Virus record (IMG/VR): IMGVR_UViG_3300050123_000025
Location: 300 to 64,299 of that record
DNA: 64,000 bases
DNA from: a virus
Taxonomy: Duplodnaviria; Caudoviricetes
Direction: 5' to 3' (one strand)
The first letter of the stretch is position 1; every line of letters starts with the position of its first letter. Positions 48,101-57,668 of the stretch are shown here, piece after piece. Under the pieces are notes generated by a model. The model ran no database searches. It was not told the origin of the DNA and saw only the letters and a list, made by a program, of their open reading frames with translations. The translations under genes and the position numbers were made by a program.

Positions 48101-48798
48101 CTTCGGGCGATACAGTATTTAATATGTCTATTATGAAAGGTATAAAGACCTTGCTTGGTAGTGGTACAAAAGGATTTATGGAGGGTTTGGCGCAGTTACC
48201 GCAAGGTTATGCGACACAATTCATTCCTACGTTATCAAGCCAAATAGCTGGAGCAATTGATCCTCTCGTTAGAAATACTTATGTTCCCGGTAACCTACCT
48301 GCATCATTCAAAAACACCTTAATCTCGAAGATACCTATTGCAAGCAAAACCTTACAGCCTAAGCAAACGCCTTATGGTGAAAATATGAAGAAGATTGAGA
48401 ACCCATTAGGCCGGGCGTTCTCACAGTTCCTAAGCCCCGGTATTATCGCCAAGGATCAAGGGAATGTAAGCCCTAAGATAGATACCGAACTAAGGAGATT
48501 AAATGAATCGGGGTTAGTAAACCAGTTCCCGACGATGGTCCCGAACTATATTGAAAAAACCCAAACTCATCCAAAAATATCACTATCACCAGCAGAAACG
48601 ACACAATATCAACAACGAGTAGGCCAATTAACATTAACTGCTTTTGATAAACTTATGAACCAAGGGAAGTATATCAACGCTCATCAAGCAAAATTAAAAT
48701 CCCCCGATGAAGTAAAGGCCGATTTATTAGCAACGGCAATCTCTGATTCAAAGGCAACGGCGAAGAAGGAGATGCTAAAAAGCAGAGGGTTGAAATAG
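45142..48798 (+). CDS. Large ejection (DNA delivery) protein
   Basis: 1218 aa; MLLNPKTQIRNVGGN, LPFTKTPINI, YSP, YDWAQP. Confidence 0.78.
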   Translation: MGSYLDEAMQRHGVPDRTDEIAAQLAQQQAVQQQELAQQSEAANLQNNANFKQFEASQPGPIDTSFSHFVAQENPTFVAEHPTLSKALATPGYALQSLADLLPQPVQNWANRAGQSGGEVMTLVDNPNKVDTGSGLGNTTADLFGGLMGFVGNPTPGGVESAGAKLWQGGEQAIGKVFPRVLPNAPKLAQDALKITGATIPYELTNAYVNNRPINPAEMGTAVGANVLLAGLTHGIGKLGKGATRVEPAVDGVAPTAIETPTVKPAAPSYIEPPSFTSVVEEMKPRINELITPPLESTKGLVDYVHEYFGGQMSKNEIRKASYEELTGIAENIATERKKDIYGLLKTEGEKKGYNIDQLYKLETDPAYKAEHDRLAEVSGLSDNVPLGKGANPDRSVAADMGTPSAQMTVGLGRGVNPTSSLIPQRPIRVPGATPDIPLGKMERGVSENIRTDFNRPQEIRDSYSTNPEMYDPLRNADSLAKAQVIFDKGLESAATELNGLIDTYQPEAAPLVKMIADQLVADGNIVRARELLSNAAVKATEAGQFGQAFRILRDSDPTTFLQTIGKQLKKLNKEGLESYGKKWKDFDLTPEELDMVSKIERGNQQSYESAFETIGSRIANEMPADGWEKVNAWRHISMLLNPKTQIRNVGGNFIMMGMRRSAKQVSAVLQNVLLKPEERTQVFKINSDYKQAATAHFEANKKDLLSGGNKYNEGVKLGMSDKRVFADHIIPDAVPLIGGKNVSLEPVRKFTYKLLEMGDTPFYKDAYINRLASYAQARGIKDFSKLPQEALAIAKMEAEQATYKDASIIADFINKSKNPSKNAGLGRKAGALLTEAALPFTKTPINIIARGVQYSPISIFTNISKWKSAAGIDELAKGLTGTGILGLGYLLASKGILTGKASSDPDLKAYDTNTGNSPFSIMGKFTYDWAQPFSVPLSVGVEIYNAVKDNPQDTAKMNSVIANNDTSRLQQMALTAANGIMEGLNASGDTVFNMSIMKGIKTLLGSGTKGFMEGLAQLPQGYATQFIPTLSSQIAGAIDPLVRNTYVPGNLPASFKNTLISKIPIASKTLQPKQTPYGENMKKIENPLGRAFSQFLSPGIIAKDQGNVSPKIDTELRRLNESGLVNQFPTMVPNYIEKTQTHPKISLSPAETTQYQQRVGQLTLTAFDKLMNQGKYINAHQAKLKSPDEVKADLLATAISDSKATAKKEMLKSRGLK

Positions 48799-48816
48799 TC
48801 CTCTGCTTCCTTATTT

Positions 48817-49227
48817 TCAGTTATTCCCTTCATAATTATTATCATCTAGTTTCTTATGATATAAATCTTTAAAGAATTTTTCACTATTTCTGGTCTCTCT
48901 TTTGTTCCAATAATATTCTTCAAGGAATTTATTCGTACCTTGTATAATACTCACGGCAACAAGTACGCTAACGGCAATTGCAAATAGGATTATTAATATA
49001 TTCTGCCCTCCTGTCCCAATATAACCTAGGGCGAGAAGATATAATACAAAAACAATCCCTGCAAACCAATCTGTGGCATCTTGCCACCAATCCGTGACAT
49101 TTTTCCAGTTAATCATTTTCATCACCTCGCGAATAGTATATGCCACTTTAGCGAAAAAAGCACGGGGGCGGTTAACACCGTCCCTTTTTCTATGGAAGTG
49201 CAGACAACCCCCAGGAAGGGAAAGCAC
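48817..49227 (-). CDS. Counter-oriented two-TM moron (start probably near 49123)
   Basis: GAGGTG RBS before MKMINW; two TM helices. Confidence 0.6.
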   Translation of the reverse strand: MLSLPGGCLHFHRKRDGVNRPRAFFAKVAYTIREVMKMINWKNVTDWWQDATDWFAGIVFVLYLLALGYIGTGGQNILIILFAIAVSVLVAVSIIQGTNKFLEEYYWNKRETRNSEKFFKDLYHKKLDDNNYEGNN

Positions 49228-49293
49228 TCACGATGCTAATTACGTCTGCAAGGCTAGTCTATCAAAAAACAATAAATTTTACCAGGAAAGGGC

Positions 49294-49557
49294 GTGTTGC
49301 GGTTGAGTTTTGAAGAAATTGCTGAAAGAAGGTTGAACGATCATGGTGAGCGGCTAAGGGCATTGGAGATTAAAGACGCCACGCAGAATGCGAAAATTGA
49401 TTCACTGTGTGAGAAGCTAGAGAAATTGTCCGATGACATAAAGGCTTTGGTAGAATTTATGAAGGCTATCCTTTGGAAAACCATCGGCGGTATGGGCGGG
49501 TTGCTGGTTATATTTCTAGGGTTCTTCGTCTGGTATGTTCAGAACTTAGCAAAGTGA
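49294..49557 (+). CDS. XhlA-like holin/haemolysin
   Basis: RLNDHGERLRALE coiled coil + C-terminal TM ending FFVWYVQ. Confidence 0.8.
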   Translation: MLRLSFEEIAERRLNDHGERLRALEIKDATQNAKIDSLCEKLEKLSDDIKALVEFMKAILWKTIGGMGGLLVIFLGFFVWYVQNLAK

Positions 49558-49568
49558 GGGAGGTAAAT

Positions 49569-50552
49569 ATGGATTATAAATTTGGTTCAATCCAATCCCC
49601 GGTAGATTACCGGGATTTTTTGTATAGGGCGATATTTGATACACAAGTATTACCCCGCAAGTTCAGTCGCCGGTCTGAAATGGGGCCGGTTCGCAACCAA
49701 GGCAGTTTTGGATCTTGCGTAGCATTTGCCAGTGCAGGGGTCAAAGACAGTCAAGAGCGCAGGGAATACGGCGCAAACATTCAGACTAGCCCTTTGTATA
49801 TCTACAAGCGGTGCAAGGAGCAGGACGGCATACCAATACAAGAGGGGACTTATCCAAGGACGGCAATGAAGGTATTGACTGACTTGGGAGTGTGTCCAGA
49901 GGAAGTATTTCCTTACAGATTAATGAGTTGGCCCACGATGCCAAGCGTGCCTGCTGATGCTGATAAGAGGGCTGCTGTCTACAAGATAGGAGCCTATGCT
50001 CGCATCGGTACAGTGGACGAAATCAAACAGGCCATATTTAAGGACGGGCCGGTATTGGGCGCAGTATTGGTCTGTGACAGTTTTATTAATGCGAAGGGTG
50101 GGTTCATACCTATGCCCGGCAGCATGGGTCGTGATAACATTTGTGGCGGTCATGCCATTTGTGTTACTGGCTATGATGATGACCTGCAATATGATGGGCA
50201 TACTGGCTACTTGGAGTTTAGAAATAGTTGGGGCGACGGCTGGGGCAATGGGGGCTATGGTTATATTTCTTATGATTTTGTTAATTATAGAGATTCCATT
50301 GGTATGCCATATTGGCAGGAATCGTGGAGTAGTATCGATATCGTTCTACCGTCTATAGCTTGCAAAGAAGGATGGCTGTATATAGGTAAAACTGATGCCA
50401 TACTTGATGGAGCATTGACACAACTAGACCAAGCACCCTTTGTCGATCCAGATAGTAACCGGACATTAGTACCCATGCGGTTCATGGCTGAACACATGGG
50501 TTATAAGGTGGATTGGGATGGAACTAATCAGTCAATTCACTTCTACCGGTAG
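49569..50552 (+). CDS. Papain-like (C1) cysteine peptidase + Cu-amine-oxidase-N-like domain
   Basis: NQGSFGSCVAF, GGHA, FRNSWGDGWG; RTLVPMRFMAEHMGYKVDWD. Confidence 0.88.
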   Translation: MDYKFGSIQSPVDYRDFLYRAIFDTQVLPRKFSRRSEMGPVRNQGSFGSCVAFASAGVKDSQERREYGANIQTSPLYIYKRCKEQDGIPIQEGTYPRTAMKVLTDLGVCPEEVFPYRLMSWPTMPSVPADADKRAAVYKIGAYARIGTVDEIKQAIFKDGPVLGAVLVCDSFINAKGGFIPMPGSMGRDNICGGHAICVTGYDDDLQYDGHTGYLEFRNSWGDGWGNGGYGYISYDFVNYRDSIGMPYWQESWSSIDIVLPSIACKEGWLYIGKTDAILDGALTQLDQAPFVDPDSNRTLVPMRFMAEHMGYKVDWDGTNQSIHFYR

Positions 50553-50562
50553 GGAGGCAGAT

Positions 50563-51135
50563 ATGAATAAAACATTTATACTCCTGCATCACTCGGCAAC
50601 ATGGGATGATAAAACTAAAAGGGATTTTGACGCTATTAAGGCCGGGCATATTGCTATTGGTGATCGAGACATAGGCTATCACTGGGTTATTGAGTTTGTT
50701 GATGGACAATTGGTAGTTGAACAGGGTAGGCAGGAAACAGATAGCGCAGCGGCCTGTCCGGGCAAGAACTTTGACGCTATCCATGTTTGTCTAATAGGCA
50801 ACTTTGAAGAATCCACGCCTACAGAAGAGCAATATCAGGCTGTAGCCGACAAGTGCAAGGACATAATGACCCGCTGGCCTATAACTACAATCGGGAGGCA
50901 TAAGGACTATTACGCCACTGCCTGTCCGGGTGCTAACTTCGATGTTGAGCACGTGAAGGAATTAATGAAAGGAGGAGATGAAGTGCTGACTGATATAAAA
51001 GTAATCGTCAAGGGGCAGGAGTTAACCGGCAAGTTGATTGACAATGTGACCTATGCACCGGCTAGGGCGTTGGTGGATTTACTGAACTATCAGGTGAGCT
51101 ATGATGCGACTGACAAGGTTGTAAATATTAAATAA
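50563..51135 (+). CDS. Endolysin, N-acetylmuramoyl-L-alanine amidase (Amidase_2)
   Basis: LHHSAT, DIGYHW, CLIGNF, HKD...TACPG. Confidence 0.9.
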   Translation: MNKTFILLHHSATWDDKTKRDFDAIKAGHIAIGDRDIGYHWVIEFVDGQLVVEQGRQETDSAAACPGKNFDAIHVCLIGNFEESTPTEEQYQAVADKCKDIMTRWPITTIGRHKDYYATACPGANFDVEHVKELMKGGDEVLTDIKVIVKGQELTGKLIDNVTYAPARALVDLLNYQVSYDATDKVVNIK

Positions 51136-51148
51136 GGGAGGTTTTAAG

Positions 51149-51334
51149 ATGGTTGAAAAACTAGGTGGCACTAGGGCAATATTGGCATATGCGCTAGTTG
51201 GCGCGTTTATTGCGGGCTGTTTTGTTACCGGTATGTCTGATGTAAAATTTACGGCATTGGGAACGCTGGCGACAACCGGAGTAGTATTTTATTTCTCTAA
51301 CAAGGCTACGCTAGATAAACCAGTAGACAAGTAA
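51149..51334 (+). CDS. Holin
   Basis: 61 aa, two TMs, VVFYF. Confidence 0.75.
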   Translation: MVEKLGGTRAILAYALVGAFIAGCFVTGMSDVKFTALGTLATTGVVFYFSNKATLDKPVDK

Positions 51335-51349
51335 TACTCATAGCGGATT

Positions 51350-51389
51350 ACTCCCCGGTTAGGTGTTTGTGCCTGCCGGGGAGTTTTTT
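51350..51389 (+). terminator. Terminator at late/early convergence
   Basis: ACTCCCCGG...CCGGGGAGT-TTTTT. Confidence 0.75.
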
Positions 51390-51413
51390 GCGTCTAGGGG
51401 TTAAAATGTCTCC

Positions 51414-51962
51414 TTAAGCTACCTTCTCTTTCAATTGCTTCATGCAATATCCAAATTGCTCTTTGCTAATCCGTATGACCGGGTGTAGGCTTACAACAGC
51501 TTCTTTGCCAATCCATTTAGCTGATCCACTCGTTAACCGCATTTTGTCTCCCACCTGCTGCCATGTCCGCTTTCGGAAGTAAAATTCCGTCACGCAAATT
51601 AATTGTTCCTCTGTCAAGCATATTAATCCCATAGCAATTTTCTCTACCACGTCCCCTATGTTAGCTATTTCTAAGATGAGTTCTCTTATGAGGTTGCCAT
51701 ATTCGGTGTCTACAATCTTCTTGTAATTCGCTATGATATTAGTGTCCTTCGCTCCGGGCGATGGTGCGCAACCTGGCATATCTGTCAATACCCTATTGCC
51801 AAGAGAAAGGGCATAGAGGATATCGGCTTTGTTGCCTAACATGCCCTCTTTGCCCCTTGTGCAGACTGTTTGTAATTCTATTTGTAGGTTGCCCAACAAT
51901 GACCTTAGCATCGGGTATTTTGCCAGCAGGACTTTTAGTTCTGGCGGTGATATGTTGTCCAA
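51414..51962 (-). CDS. Late transcription regulator (RinA/ArpU-like)
   Basis: Last early gene; LTEEQ...FYF...TWQQVG sigma4-like HTH; TTG after AGGAGG. Confidence 0.7.
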   Translation of the reverse strand: MDNISPPELKVLLAKYPMLRSLLGNLQIELQTVCTRGKEGMLGNKADILYALSLGNRVLTDMPGCAPSPGAKDTNIIANYKKIVDTEYGNLIRELILEIANIGDVVEKIAMGLICLTEEQLICVTEFYFRKRTWQQVGDKMRLTSGSAKWIGKEAVVSLHPVIRISKEQFGYCMKQLKEKVA

Positions 51963-51963
51963 G

Positions 51964-52413
51964 TTATACCTCCTTTGTGGCAACGCCCTTTGCTGTATCC
52001 GTTGCTCCACTAATTGCCCTATGATACCTTTCTATTCGGTTAATGCTCCGCTCCTCGCTGAAACCTTCGGGTGCCTTCTCTTCTTCCACCCGCAACACGT
52101 ACTTGTCGCCATCCCTAGTTACTTCGTTATTGTCATAGGTGAATTTGTCAGGATCGCAGTCAAATAGGATAAATTCACACGGGTTAAAACAGAAACCCAA
52201 TGCCTTGTCCGTGCCCATGACCTTTCGCAATTCTGTTGATGTTCGCCTTAACCGATTGTTGTACAGGTTTTCAAAAATGGTATTCATTTCCTCTGGTGGA
52301 ATATCCATTTGCTTGACAATATCCATGGCTCCCGTGTAATGACCAAGTTGGAACACAAATGGCGCGAGTTCTTTTGTTACTTCAATTCGGCCACACTCTG
52401 GTATAATTCTCAT
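51964..52413 (-). CDS. Hypothetical protein
   Basis: ATGA overlap. Confidence 0.6.
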   Translation of the reverse strand: MRIIPECGRIEVTKELAPFVFQLGHYTGAMDIVKQMDIPPEEMNTIFENLYNNRLRRTSTELRKVMGTDKALGFCFNPCEFILFDCDPDKFTYDNNEVTRDGDKYVLRVEEEKAPEGFSEERSINRIERYHRAISGATDTAKGVATKEV

Positions 52414-52745
52414 ATCACTAAATTCCTCGCTTTCATTTCATAATGTTCCTTCAAACAGGCAATGCACCCGCCTTTCTTCAAGTTCTCCGGTGTGCATGGA
52501 GTCTCTAGCGGGCAGAAGTCTTTACTCTCCATGTCCTGTACTAACATTTCAAACATTAAGCAGATGATCTTACCACCCTCTTTAATCCACTCTAAATACA
52601 TAAGTCCGTCCGATAACTCCTGTGCTAGGTGTTCTAATCGGTAGTTAACGTCGCCGTGGTTGTCCTCAAGGATAACGCCGTATTTCAGCACGCCCTTGGC
52701 TTCCTGACTGCGGAATCGGTTGATTATTCGGTCTAGGTAGCGCAT
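52410..52745 (-). CDS. All-alpha NTP-pyrophosphatase-like protein
   Basis: KGVLKYG...HLAQELSDGLMY. Confidence 0.6.
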   Translation of the reverse strand: MRYLDRIINRFRSQEAKGVLKYGVILEDNHGDVNYRLEHLAQELSDGLMYLEWIKEGGKIICLMFEMLVQDMESKDFCPLETPCTPENLKKGGCIACLKEHYEMKARNLVI

Positions 52746-52857
52746 TAAGATTCCTTCCTCTCTGTATAATCACAACCCGGAAAAGGGCACATATAACATT
52801 CATAAAAATTACTCCATATTAATACTGAATCACAAATAGGGCAATGCTTTTCCATTC

Positions 52858-53301
52858 CTATCCCTCCATCCTTCTCTTCGGTGAATACTCGTAGATCCCA
52901 ATCTGAAAGTATCCAACGTCGCTGACAACTTTTAAATAGTCCTTTGCCGGCACGTCTTTAATCATCCACTCAATCACCTTGTAAACCATTGTATTAGCGG
53001 TTCTCAGTGCGCCCAAAACAAAGGACGGTCTATTCCGTAAACCGTCCCACTCGTCTATGATGTTCTGTAAGCTCTGTGTAACTGCCGATAGCATGATTAC
53101 CGCGTCCCTGTCCTGCTTATTTAAATAGGTTATGACTTTCGGCTTCCTGCGATTCTGCTTGTTCTTGGCATTGGTGTCCCTGTCCTCGACCTGCTTGTTG
53201 AAGCAGATTTTTAATATATCATCCTCGGTGACTGTCCCATATTCTTGCCGATGGACTGCGATTTCATTTCGGGCTTCTAGTATTTCTCGGATTGTTGGCA
53301 T
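52858..53301 (-). CDS. Hypothetical protein
   Basis: AAGGAGGAG RBS. Confidence 0.65.
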   Translation of the reverse strand: MPTIREILEARNEIAVHRQEYGTVTEDDILKICFNKQVEDRDTNAKNKQNRRKPKVITYLNKQDRDAVIMLSAVTQSLQNIIDEWDGLRNRPSFVLGALRTANTMVYKVIEWMIKDVPAKDYLKVVSDVGYFQIGIYEYSPKRRMEG

Positions 53302-53584
53302 GGGTCTCCTCCTTTGGCCTGATTGACCTATAGACTTCGATGATTTTCAATATTCTCTCGCTTGGCCTTGACGCATTGGCTTCTTTCCATAAAATATCTT
53401 CTTCCACCAAGTCAATCAACAAATCCCTGTCGTCGCGTTCTGCTGGGCTAGATACCACCATCTGATTAATTTCCTCTTGCAACAGTTGATTATTCCATTC
53501 GAGTTCCTTGTTGATATCAAGTAGGTTGTCTATTGAATGTTTTAATTTCGACATATACAGTTCATCTTCAAGCATTGGAGTCAC
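53264..53584 (-). CDS. Coiled-coil hypothetical protein
   Basis: ORF in operon. Confidence 0.55.
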   Translation of the reverse strand: MTPMLEDELYMSKLKHSIDNLLDINKELEWNNQLLQEEINQMVVSSPAERDDRDLLIDLVEEDILWKEANASRPSERILKIIEVYRSIRPKEETHANNPRNTRSPK

Positions 53585-53734
53585 CGGCCTTGCGGGGAGG
53601 ACACCATGCGGGGGAAGTTTTAATATCCTTTATCATGCGTTTTTTGTTGGCATCTTGATGTTTGCAAAACCATTTGTCTTTTTGAATAGTTGCTTCATAA
53701 CAAAACTCGCACTCCTTACACTTTGGTACTGGCA

Positions 53735-54013
53735 TCACTTCTCACCTGCCTTGGCTTGGGCTAGAAAATAATCACATTTACATTCTGGACATTCCCTGTA
53801 TTCGTCGATTATACAGGGCAAATCGTCATGTTTTAATTTACCATAGGGACATTCAGAATCAGTTTGAGAAAATAATTCCAACGCCCGCCTGTACCATTCC
53901 TCGCGTGTCAACCCAGGAGTTTCTCTGGCGTGTATCATGTCCTGCGTCAATTCCTCTAATTCCCAATTCATATAGTGGACATCCTTATCAAATTTTATTA
54001 CAGCTTTAACCAT
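53735..54013 (-). CDS. Cys-rich hypothetical protein
   Basis: GGAGGGAG RBS. Confidence 0.6.
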   Translation of the reverse strand: MVKAVIKFDKDVHYMNWELEELTQDMIHARETPGLTREEWYRRALELFSQTDSECPYGKLKHDDLPCIIDEYRECPECKCDYFLAQAKAGEK

Positions 54014-54487
54014 TATATTTCTCCCTCCTCTTCTCCAAATGATAATTTATTATAATAATTTCTCATGGGCTAGTTCTGTCTCCAGCCGTCCGATTCTTGC
54101 GGACAAGTAATATCCTTCCTCTAAGATTTGGTTGTGGTCGCGCAGGTATTGGTGCATTTTATATGCCCGGCATAGAGAACAAAATCCTTTTTTTGTGCTG
54201 GAAATAGCTGTTTCCAATAAGTCACAGTCAATGGACTTACAAAAGTCTAATGTTTTATAGGCTTGCATTTTCTCTCCTTTCTGATAAAGGCAAATCGCCA
54301 TTTCCGTTACAAACCGGGCAGTTAAACCGGGTGTACTCGTTCCATATAATCCCGCCACCTTTGCATTTCGGGCAGGTTTCAAAGTTTACTTCCATCTGCT
54401 CTATTTTCTCGATGTTGAAGTCGTTAGGGTTCATGCTAGACCTCCCTTTCTCTCACTAAATATTAAAGCCAGTCCCTAAAACATTTA

Positions 54488-54661
54488 TCAGGACTGGCTC
54501 TTGAAAATCCGTTTGTCGATTAGGTAAAACAGACAACCACCAATTAGGTTGCTTACGCCGGCAATTAGCCAGACATTGAACCCCTGCAACCCCCACATAA
54601 TAGGGGCTAACACCAAGGTTGATAATTGCCAGCGAAATAGGTATGTTAAAAAGCGTTTCAT
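54488..54661 (-). CDS. Small GtrA-like membrane protein
   Basis: YLFRWQLST...NLIGGCLFYLIDKRIF. Confidence 0.6.
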   Translation of the reverse strand: MKRFLTYLFRWQLSTLVLAPIMWGLQGFNVWLIAGVSNLIGGCLFYLIDKRIFKSQS

Positions 54662-54846
54662 TTGACTAATCCAATTCCCATAACCTGTCTTAAATTTTTG
54701 TCCCCATGATCCCATGTTCCCTTTGCTCTTTCACCGGCCTCTATGAGATCAGCGACTTCTCCAGCATAAGGTTCATCCGTATTCACAATTAGGTAGGTAT
54801 GGCCTGTTATATCTTTTCCGTCAGTTCTTCTTAATTCGTATTTCAT
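54658..54846 (-). CDS. Hypothetical protein
   Basis: YLIVNTDEPYA motif, RBS. Confidence 0.65.
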   Translation of the reverse strand: MKYELRRTDGKDITGHTYLIVNTDEPYAGEVADLIEAGERAKGTWDHGDKNLRQVMGIGLVK

Positions 54847-54864
54847 TTCTTGCCCTCGCTTTCT

Positions 54865-55470
54865 CTAAACCACTTTTATTTGCATATTTCTATAAAACAT
54901 CGCATAAGATTCCACTATGTCCCAACGATTCAAATACTTGTCGTAAATACTTTGTTTTCCTACAGATAATTGGGTAATTTTTAAGGCGAAACCAGGAATA
55001 ATAAGTAATTTTTTAATATTTTCCTCGAAATCCAATATAAACATCATATAAATATCACAAGTGGAATTTTTCTTTTCTAGATTAAATGTATGAAAAGTGC
55101 TGTTTCCGGCGTAGGAGTAAGGTTTTGCAACCTTTACATCTATTTTTATTCCATCGTTAACTAAAAGATCGTATGGGTGCTTGGTGCTCATATGAATAAC
55201 ACTGTATCCCTTGGAAGTTAAAAGTTCTTTTGCCACCACTTCAAATCCATTGCCAGTTTTTGTTGCACTTTCCTTTGTGGGTAAATTTAATTTATTCGCC
55301 CAATATCGAAAGCCGCCATGTTTGCCTATATGACAACCTAGTCCACATCCTGCAACTATTTTTATCTCATTGTTACTCGGCATCCTATCAATACATAAGG
55401 CAGACATAACATTTCTAATCTCGGCTTCTGTCATAGCATCATCCCATTTTTGTCCATGTGTGTATCCCAT
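54865..55470 (-). CDS. Putative PD-(D/E)xK endonuclease
   Basis: GNGFE...PYDLLV...IDVK. Confidence 0.65.
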   Translation of the reverse strand: MGYTHGQKWDDAMTEAEIRNVMSALCIDRMPSNNEIKIVAGCGLGCHIGKHGGFRYWANKLNLPTKESATKTGNGFEVVAKELLTSKGYSVIHMSTKHPYDLLVNDGIKIDVKVAKPYSYAGNSTFHTFNLEKKNSTCDIYMMFILDFEENIKKLLIIPGFALKITQLSVGKQSIYDKYLNRWDIVESYAMFYRNMQIKVV

Positions 55471-55485
55471 TTCTTAACCCTCCAA

Positions 55486-55905
55486 TCAAAAAGGTATGAT
55501 ATCTTCGTCCGGCAAATTCATGTCCTCCAGCTTGATCTCTTTTCCGATATCGTCCCATTGGTCAAGGGGCTTGTCGACTGGCTTGTCGCCGGACTTTTTG
55601 CTATCAAGGAACTGCACTGAATCGGCAACTACTTCCGTGATATATACCTTGCGCCCTTCGTTGTTTTCATAATCTCGTGTATTAATGCGTCCATCTACCG
55701 CTACTAAAGAACCCTTTCCAATATATTGAGCACAAGATTCAGCTGGCTTGCCCCATACGGTGCAGTTAATCCAATGGGTTTTCTCCTTATTGAAATTATC
55801 GTTTACCGCAAGGGTGAATGACGCTACGGACTTGCCTGATTGCGTATATTTTAACTCCACGTCCTTGCCTAAACGACCAGTTAAGACTACTCTGTTTATG
55901 CTCAT
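55486..55905 (-). CDS. ssb: Single-stranded DNA-binding protein
   Basis: INRVVLTGRL..D.ELKYT, TEVVA, acidic tail DIIPF. Confidence 0.95.
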   Translation of the reverse strand: MSINRVVLTGRLGKDVELKYTQSGKSVASFTLAVNDNFNKEKTHWINCTVWGKPAESCAQYIGKGSLVAVDGRINTRDYENNEGRKVYITEVVADSVQFLDSKKSGDKPVDKPLDQWDDIGKEIKLEDMNLPDEDIIPF

Positions 55906-56322
55906 CTATTTAGCCTCACTTTCTAATAATTCGGGGTTATCCCAACGATTGCCGATAACTCCACCGTCAATAAACCTATCAAAGTGCTTGTCAAGACGAT
56001 GGATTTCATTCCTACGAAGGTTCTTAACATACCATGAACCTTGCTCATCATTCCAAAATACAAGTGTTAGCACTTTCCCGTTTCCTGCAAGAAAAATGTC
56101 TCCGTCAAACAAGTTCTTCTTGCCGGTGTACTGTCCTACGGTGGCAGGGTCAATGTCATAAACGCCTTGAAGAGTCATAACTTCGTTGCTCGCTTTAAAA
56201 ACCTTTGTCTTGGACTGCGCAATGGAAGCCATGCCGTTATCAAAGAACAATAGACTTCCCTTAATCCACTCGCCATTATCAAGGCTTTTGCCTCGGAATT
56301 TAGCCATACTCATGCACAACAC
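55906..56322 (-). CDS. YopX-family protein
   Basis: KFRGK..DNGEWIKG, TVGQYTG, GDI, VIGN..DNPELL. Confidence 0.85.
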   Translation of the reverse strand: MLCMSMAKFRGKSLDNGEWIKGSLLFFDNGMASIAQSKTKVFKASNEVMTLQGVYDIDPATVGQYTGKKNLFDGDIFLAGNGKVLTLVFWNDEQGSWYVKNLRRNEIHRLDKHFDRFIDGGVIGNRWDNPELLESEAK

Positions 56323-56528
56323 TTCCTTTTCTTCTTCTTAACTTTGCTCTCCGGCCTGCTGGCACACTGCGCTACCACATCTGATTTTTGCACCCGATAT
56401 TTGTTACCAGCGGAATCTTTGCAAAAATAAACCACCTGACGGGTCTGCGCATCAAGTGGCTCTATCACGGTTTGGATTATGTCTGCAACCAGGCAAATGC
56501 TGCCTCGCCGGAACATTATGGTTGTCAT
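56310..56528 (-). CDS. Hypothetical protein
   Basis: AGGAGGG RBS before MTTIMF. Confidence 0.5.
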   Translation of the reverse strand: MTTIMFRRGSICLVADIIQTVIEPLDAQTRQVVYFCKDSAGNKYRVQKSDVVAQCASRPESKVKKKKRKCCA

Positions 56529-56529
56529 G

Positions 56530-57630
56530 CTATCCCTCCTTAAATAATGATGGTTCAATACTTGCCATTCTTGGCCTAATAATGTCCTCACAATAATTAA
56601 GGCTTAATTCAATGCCTATACTGTCAACGCCCAATTGTTCAGCAACCCATAACGTGGTTCCGGATCCGGCAAACGGTTCTAATACTGTACACGGTATGGT
56701 TTCATCTATATCACATGAACAAGTTGGTTGCCATTTATCAGTTGTTCTTGTTGTCGGTGCCCATCCGGTGCTATCTGTTTTGGTTGGGCAATTATTAGGG
56801 GCGTGGGCGGGTTCGCGTTTATTGATGTGGCCGGTGAGTTCCGTTATTCTTTTCCAAGGGGATCCGCACTTCGGACAACAACCTTTCTCGCTTGTTCCTG
56901 CCTTAATGCATGTTTCCGGTATCTCTGGTGGGAAGGTTGCAAAATGTGCTTCACTAAATGGCTTTGTGGATATATTCCAGACGGTGCGTTTGTTTTTACC
57001 TTGCTCTCTACGGTCCTCGAGTGATTTAATATCAACTGGCTTTATCCCTCGATAATCTTTTATACAGGTTTGTTTTCCCCATCGTTCCCATTTTACTTCT
57101 TCTTTTATAGCCTCTGCATCGTAGTAATATCTCTCGCTTTTGGACAGCAGGAAAATATACTCATGCGCCTTTGTTGGCCTATCAGTAACGCTTTCCGGCA
57201 TTGGGTTTGGTTTGCTCCATATAATGTCCGAGCGAAGATACCAACCGTCTGCCTGTAGGGCAAAGGCTATGCGCCAAGGAATACCTACTAGGTTTTTAGG
57301 CTTAATGCAGTCGGTTCGGCATCTATCGCCAGGTGCGCGCCTTGGAGCTTTGGGATCAGAAAAATTATCTGTCTGCGCCTTACTTGCATAAGAATCTCCG
57401 AGGTTAAGCCATAGCGTTCCATCGTCCCGTAACACTCGTTTGACTTCCCTGAACACCTCGACCATCTTGGCAACATATTCCTCGGGTGTAGATTCCAACC
57501 CCATCTGACCATCTATTCCGTAATCGCGTAGTCCCCAATATGGTGGACTTGTTACGCAACAATGGACTGATTCATCCGGCAAGGTTTTAAGCATTTCCAA
57601 ACTATCGCCTTGATATAGTTGCCATGTCAC
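56530..57630 (-). CDS. DNA methyltransferase (N4/N6, beta class) with Zn-ribbon insertion
   Basis: TSPPY, PNPMPES..DR, HFATFP, EPFAGSGTT. Confidence 0.92.
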   Translation of the reverse strand: MTWQLYQGDSLEMLKTLPDESVHCCVTSPPYWGLRDYGIDGQMGLESTPEEYVAKMVEVFREVKRVLRDDGTLWLNLGDSYASKAQTDNFSDPKAPRRAPGDRCRTDCIKPKNLVGIPWRIAFALQADGWYLRSDIIWSKPNPMPESVTDRPTKAHEYIFLLSKSERYYYDAEAIKEEVKWERWGKQTCIKDYRGIKPVDIKSLEDRREQGKNKRTVWNISTKPFSEAHFATFPPEIPETCIKAGTSEKGCCPKCGSPWKRITELTGHINKREPAHAPNNCPTKTDSTGWAPTTRTTDKWQPTCSCDIDETIPCTVLEPFAGSGTTLWVAEQLGVDSIGIELSLNYCEDIIRPRMASIEPSLFKEG

Positions 57631-57668
57631 TTAATCACCTCCTTAAAATAATGTCTCTTATTCGATTT

